64,000 nucleotides of DNA, taken from the NCBI GenBank assembly GCA_964475835.1, contig CAYYYL010000012.1, forward strand, positions 14,201-78,200, in the 5' to 3' direction. The notes beneath the pieces are model-generated. The model was not told the DNA's origin and made no database searches. It saw nothing but the letters and a program-made list of their open reading frames with translations. Below, piece after piece: positions 60,468 to 64,000 of the stretch. The translations under genes and the position numbers were made by a program. The first letter of the stretch is position 1. Each line of letters starts with the position of its first letter. The DNA is from an uncultured Verrucomicrobiota bacterium (lineage in GTDB: Bacteria > Verrucomicrobiota > Verrucomicrobiia > JABWAM01).

Positions 60468-61531
60468 CAGCGGGGAATCATCGTCGGGCGGGAAGCCCCG
60501 GGATCCATGTTCCGACGAAACGTGTCGCGAATGACATCGCGATTGAACAACTCCTTCCGGCGAGCCGTTGCCGCCCCGGCCCGACGATCGAGCTCACGTT
60601 CCAACTGCTCGATCTCACCCCCGGTCAAGCCCTGCGCCTTTGCCTTCTCCAACATCAGCTTCGCCTCCCCCTCGTTTTCGGCAAGGTCGAGATATTCGGA
60701 CAGAAGCTTGGACAGTTTCGCATCCCCGGACACATCATGCGCTTCCCCTCCATCCAGGATGTAACCTTTGCCCCCATGGACTTTCACCGCCACTTGATCC
60801 GCCCCGCTGTCCCGCTCCTGCGCCACACGAACAGCCTTGTCACTTGGAATCTCAAACTGGTTCTTCTCACTCCCAAAAGCTGCTTCCAATGATCCCCCTT
60901 TTGCGGTCAGCCGCGCATAAGAATTCTCCTTACCCGGCTCCACCGTGGCGCTCAACGACTGTCCTTTTTGGATTTTCGGAATCTTGAAACTTCCATCCTG
61001 AGTGGACTCGGCAAAAATGGTTCCTTTGTCGCACTGAAAGGTATTTTGAAGACCCCCATCATATTCGACTTCAAATTGAGTCCCCACGGCGCCACAGACT
61101 GCGGTCGGCGTCTGCACCTTGAACTGGTGGTTTTCGGGGAATTTGTCGAGCTGCGCATCCACCTTCCCCTTCGTCAGTTTGAGATCCACCACTTTTCTGA
61201 AACCACCACTCATACTGGTTGTACGAATCTCCACCTCGGTTTTTGGCAACAGTCGAAATCGATTATTCTCATCAAACGCCACCGTAAACATCGATTCAGA
61301 TCCTGTCCTTCCCGACGTTCCGGATTTTTCAACCGCCCCCTTTACCGCCGGTTTCCATCCCGGTTCTCCGCTGGATCGAACCTCACAGACGTTTCCTGAA
61401 ATTTTGTCGATCGTGAAGGTTTCGAAGGGCTCCGCAAACACACCCGGGACCAGACAACAACACCCGATCAAACCAAACGAAAGGAATTTAAACCGTGTGG
61501 AAAACATGAAACCTTTGGGAAAGAAAATCAC
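60467..61531 (-). CDS. FecR-domain secreted protein with C-terminal coiled-coil region
   Basis: Signal-like FKFLSFGLIGCCCLVPGVFA. G.V.V......W..AVKGA......RTG..S...V.F....FRLLP.T.V.I and FKVQTPTAVCGAVGTQFEV match the FecR (PF04773-type) pattern. Confidence 0.65.
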   Translation of the reverse strand: MIFFPKGFMFSTRFKFLSFGLIGCCCLVPGVFAEPFETFTIDKISGNVCEVRSSGEPGWKPAVKGAVEKSGTSGRTGSESMFTVAFDENNRFRLLPKTEVEIRTTSMSGGFRKVVDLKLTKGKVDAQLDKFPENHQFKVQTPTAVCGAVGTQFEVEYDGGLQNTFQCDKGTIFAESTQDGSFKIPKIQKGQSLSATVEPGKENSYARLTAKGGSLEAAFGSEKNQFEIPSDKAVRVAQERDSGADQVAVKVHGGKGYILDGGEAHDVSGDAKLSKLLSEYLDLAENEGEAKLMLEKAKAQGLTGGEIEQLERELDRRAGAATARRKELFNRDVIRDTFRRNMDPGASRPTMIPR

Positions 61532-61537
61532 TCCAGA

Positions 61538-62500
61538 CTAGAATGCAATATCACAACTCAATCGCAACGTGTACGCGGAGAAGCTTTCGTACCCTTCCTG
61601 GGAATCAAAACCAAGCTTCAGGCCCAGTTGATCCGTCGGGTAATAACTGAGGCGGGGCCCGATGTCGTAATAGTCGTCATCGCGGGGCGCAATTCCAAAG
61701 AAGGTGTCCTGCAACACATAGTTGTAGTAGGAGAAAGCTGCCCCCAAGGTCCATTTCTTCGAGATATCATAACTTAAAGTTCCTCCCCAACCAAATCGAC
61801 CCGTCTGGATGGTTTGCCTAAAGTCATAGTCGTCATTCACATAACCGAAGGACGTGGTGGTGGACCATCCCCACTTTCCCCGTTTGTCGCTGATCCCCGC
61901 AAGGAGGGTATAGCCATCCGAACTTCGATCAAGATTACTCTTTACGGCCCGAGTGAGCCGGTGCTCGGCCTCCCCATGATTGTAGGAAAGGCCCAGGTTT
62001 AAAATGTTAAACAGACGTTTCGCAAAGTAGAGGGAAACACCATCGGAATCGAGATGTTCGCTGACTCCGATTTCATTGGAAGCTTCGCGATGGGAGTGCT
62101 GGTAAAGCAGACCGGCAATCAAACCGTCATAAATATCGGCATCAAACGCCAGGTCTCCACTCAATTCATTTCCCCCAAACCCACCAAATGTGGAATCGTG
62201 GGTGGCACGATAGGAAAAACCCGGAACAAGAACGGGACTGCGAAATTGCAACCCCTTGGATCGTTCGGAACGGGAGGTAACACTTTGAAACGCCCCTGCC
62301 ACGGAGTTCATCTGTCCAAAAGCCGTGTTATTCATCGGTTGAACAACTGAAGCCTCCTGGTCTTCAACATACGCCTGGGTCTGACTCACCAATGTGAACA
62401 AATTCGCGGCACCGAAGGAAAGAAGAAGAACCCGTTGATTTGAAACAAACATCAGAACAAGCGACAGAAGGGAAAGCAGAACGACTTTGAAACGCTTCAT
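61538..62500 (-). CDS. outer-membrane beta-barrel protein (autotransporter-beta-domain-like)
   Basis: Signal peptide FKVVLLSLLSLVLMFVS, alternating beta-strand pattern with aromatic girdle residues, C-terminus LRLSCDIAF. Confidence 0.6.
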   Translation of the reverse strand: MKRFKVVLLSLLSLVLMFVSNQRVLLLSFGAANLFTLVSQTQAYVEDQEASVVQPMNNTAFGQMNSVAGAFQSVTSRSERSKGLQFRSPVLVPGFSYRATHDSTFGGFGGNELSGDLAFDADIYDGLIAGLLYQHSHREASNEIGVSEHLDSDGVSLYFAKRLFNILNLGLSYNHGEAEHRLTRAVKSNLDRSSDGYTLLAGISDKRGKWGWSTTTSFGYVNDDYDFRQTIQTGRFGWGGTLSYDISKKWTLGAAFSYYNYVLQDTFFGIAPRDDDYYDIGPRLSYYPTDQLGLKLGFDSQEGYESFSAYTLRLSCDIAF

Positions 62501-62602
62501 GAATCGGAGCTTAGGAAAAAAAACGGCCGAATCAATTCCTTTTTCTCAGTCCTTTTAATATTCAAGTTCTCTACGAGATTGGGGCGCGTAGGATCCTTCG
62601 GC

Positions 62603-62683
62603 TGTAGCGGCGCTCTACGAGCGTCGACCGGCGGTCACTCGCCTCGCCGAAGCCTCCGGCGTAGCGCGGGCAGACCGCCGCTG
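62603..62683 (+). repeat. 81-nt GC-rich structured dispersed element, copy 2
   Basis: See copy 1 (43022..43102). This copy has a 10-bp terminal stem, tgtagcggcg / cgccgctgca (one T-G pair). Confidence 0.85.
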
Positions 62684-62747
62684 CAACCCCATCGTTAAAA
62701 CACTTCCAACCGTTGTTACTTCTTCAACAACCTGTTAAACACCCTTC

Positions 62748-64000
62748 ATGCGTGAGAACTTACGAAAGAGCATCGTTTTTGCGCTTTCTGCACTCGCGTT
62801 CCTCGCTCCCCTTAAATTCACCCAGATCGTTCAACTCGATTCCCTCACCCCCTGGCCCCACGGACTGGAATGGCTCACCCATCTCTGGCCCAGTTCCGCG
62901 TTCTATGCCATCCATCTTCTTCTCCTTGGTCTTTCTATTCCGCTTTGGAAGCAGTCCCTCCCCACCCGCCGAATGCCCATTGGACTCGCTTGGGTTTTCC
63001 TCCTCATCCAAATTCTCGCCACGCTCGGAAGCATGAACCGGGCCGCCAGTTTTCATGTTCTCGAGTTTTTTTTCTCCATAACCGTCGCGTTTACACTCGG
63101 ACAGATCGCCATTCAAACACACGAGGATCTCGAGTGGATCACGTTCGCCTGGGTGGCCGCCACCGTGGTGACCGTCTGGCTGGGCTGGCTTCAAGTGACC
63201 GGGGGACGGGAGCAAGCACTGATCCAGCTGCTGCATCAACCCGATTTGATCACTCAAAATCCTCTCATCCGGGACTGGGCCGAGAGTGATCGCATTTATG
63301 CCGCATTCGTCACACCCAATGCGCTAGCGGGCTATCTGGTCGCCGCACTCTGCATCCTGCCCGCATGGCTGTTCCTCAACACCTCTCCCGGCGCCAAGAA
63401 ACCCGTCCTTACCCTCAGCTTCCTCGTCCTTCTGGCTCTTGCCGTGCTTTTTTGCCTCTGGCGCACCCAATCCAAATCGGGATTCCTGATCCTGGTCATC
63501 ACCTCCCTTCTCGCTGCTTTCCTTCTGTCGGCAACGCGCCGACGTGCAATCATGGCCATGGGAGTCCTCATCGTCGCAGCCCTCCTCCTCTTCGCGCTCG
63601 GCTACATGCGCCCCGCCGGACCTGGAAGGGTTCCCCGAAATCTTCTCGATCAACTCGACATCGCCCCGCACAAACGACAACCCGCGCTCGAACGTGGCGC
63701 CCAAAGCCTGCACACGCGCCTGGCATTCTGGAATGCAGCCCTCAAAATCACCCGCGACCATCCCCTTCTGGGAAGCGGTCCGGGTACCTTCGGAATTCTT
63801 TACCCAAACTATAAAAAGCCTGAGGACCTAAGCACGCGCCTCGTCCACAACAGCTACCTTCAAATGGCCACCGAAAGCGGAGTCCCGGGGTTCTGCAGCT
63901 ATCTCGCCTGGTTTGGAGGCGCCCTCTGGATGGGGTGGCGGCGCATCCGACAGACAAGGAACGCCGTCTCCACGCTCCTCTGGTGCGCCTGTTTCAGTTT
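62748..64000 (+). CDS. O-antigen ligase (Wzy_C) family membrane protein; C-terminus beyond the right edge
   Basis: Absent from the ORF track because it is open at the window edge. Manual translation from ATG 62748 gives MRENLRKSIVFALSALAFLAPLKF... with no stop through 64000. It is polytopic and contains WRTQSKSGFLILV and LVHNSYLQMATESGVPG, typical of the O-antigen ligase/Wzy_C region. Confidence 0.75.
   Translation, partial: MRENLRKSIVFALSALAFLAPLKFTQIVQLDSLTPWPHGLEWLTHLWPSSAFYAIHLLLLGLSIPLWKQSLPTRRMPIGLAWVFLLIQILATLGSMNRAASFHVLEFFFSITVAFTLGQIAIQTHEDLEWITFAWVAATVVTVWLGWLQVTGGREQALIQLLHQPDLITQNPLIRDWAESDRIYAAFVTPNALAGYLVAALCILPAWLFLNTSPGAKKPVLTLSFLVLLALAVLFCLWRTQSKSGFLILVITSLLAAFLLSATRRRAIMAMGVLIVAALLLFALGYMRPAGPGRVPRNLLDQLDIAPHKRQPALERGAQSLHTRLAFWNAALKITRDHPLLGSGPGTFGILYPNYKKPEDLSTRLVHNSYLQMATESGVPGFCSYLAWFGGALWMGWRRIRQTRNAVSTLLWCACFS

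Noticed and set aside
59780-60892. 370-aa plus-strand ORF spanning the caspase-like and FecR genes
   Set aside because: It is Pro/Arg/Ser-rich low-complexity translation that crosses a gene boundary on the opposite strand. The minus-strand genes have signal peptides and domain motifs.
1-64000. Mobile element, prophage or defence island
   Set aside because: I recognised no integrase, transposase, recombinase, phage structural, restriction-modification, toxin-antitoxin or Cas-like genes. The dispersed palindromic elements lack terminal inverted repeats flanking any coding capacity.

Overview
This is a 64-kb chromosomal segment of a diderm bacterium. The gene content (an H-X9-DG prepilin-like protein, a giant Pmp-type GGAI/FxxN beta-helix protein, FG-GAP/VCBS-like repeats, McsA-McsB-ClpC, a CHASE2 cyclase) fits the PVC superphylum best (Verrucomicrobiota-like), but that taxonomy is inference only. 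About 50 protein-coding genes are supportable. I saw no rRNA, tRNA, CRISPR array, transposase or integrase. Housekeeping blocks are: aroF (partial) with a GT9 glycosyltransferase; rbfA; ilvE-mcsA-mcsB-clpC with overlapping stops and starts; lnt-pgsA; an Opp/Dpp-type ABC importer; crtI plus a polyprenyl synthase; and rpsO-pnp. The unusual content is as follows. (i) Two giant secreted proteins (1832 and 2090 aa from their likely starts) share an unassigned ~180-aa module. One gene has ten tandem copies. The other has a phase-shifted (circularly permuted) two-module cassette inserted inside a duplicated beta-helix. (ii) A same-strand cluster encodes a beta-barrel OMP, a FecR-domain protein, a small secreted caspase/CHAT-like protein and a CHASE2 class III nucleotide cyclase. 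(iii) A tight operon encodes a carbamoyltransferase, an AsnB-type amidotransferase, a GT2 and a B12-binding radical SAM enzyme with a CX4CX2C motif. (iv) There is an orphan minimal flagellin-family gene. (v) Several structured palindromic or dispersed intergenic elements are present, including an 81-nt element found twice, each time in a divergent promoter region. All homology statements come from motif recognition by eye on the supplied translations, not from database searches. Start codons are best guesses.
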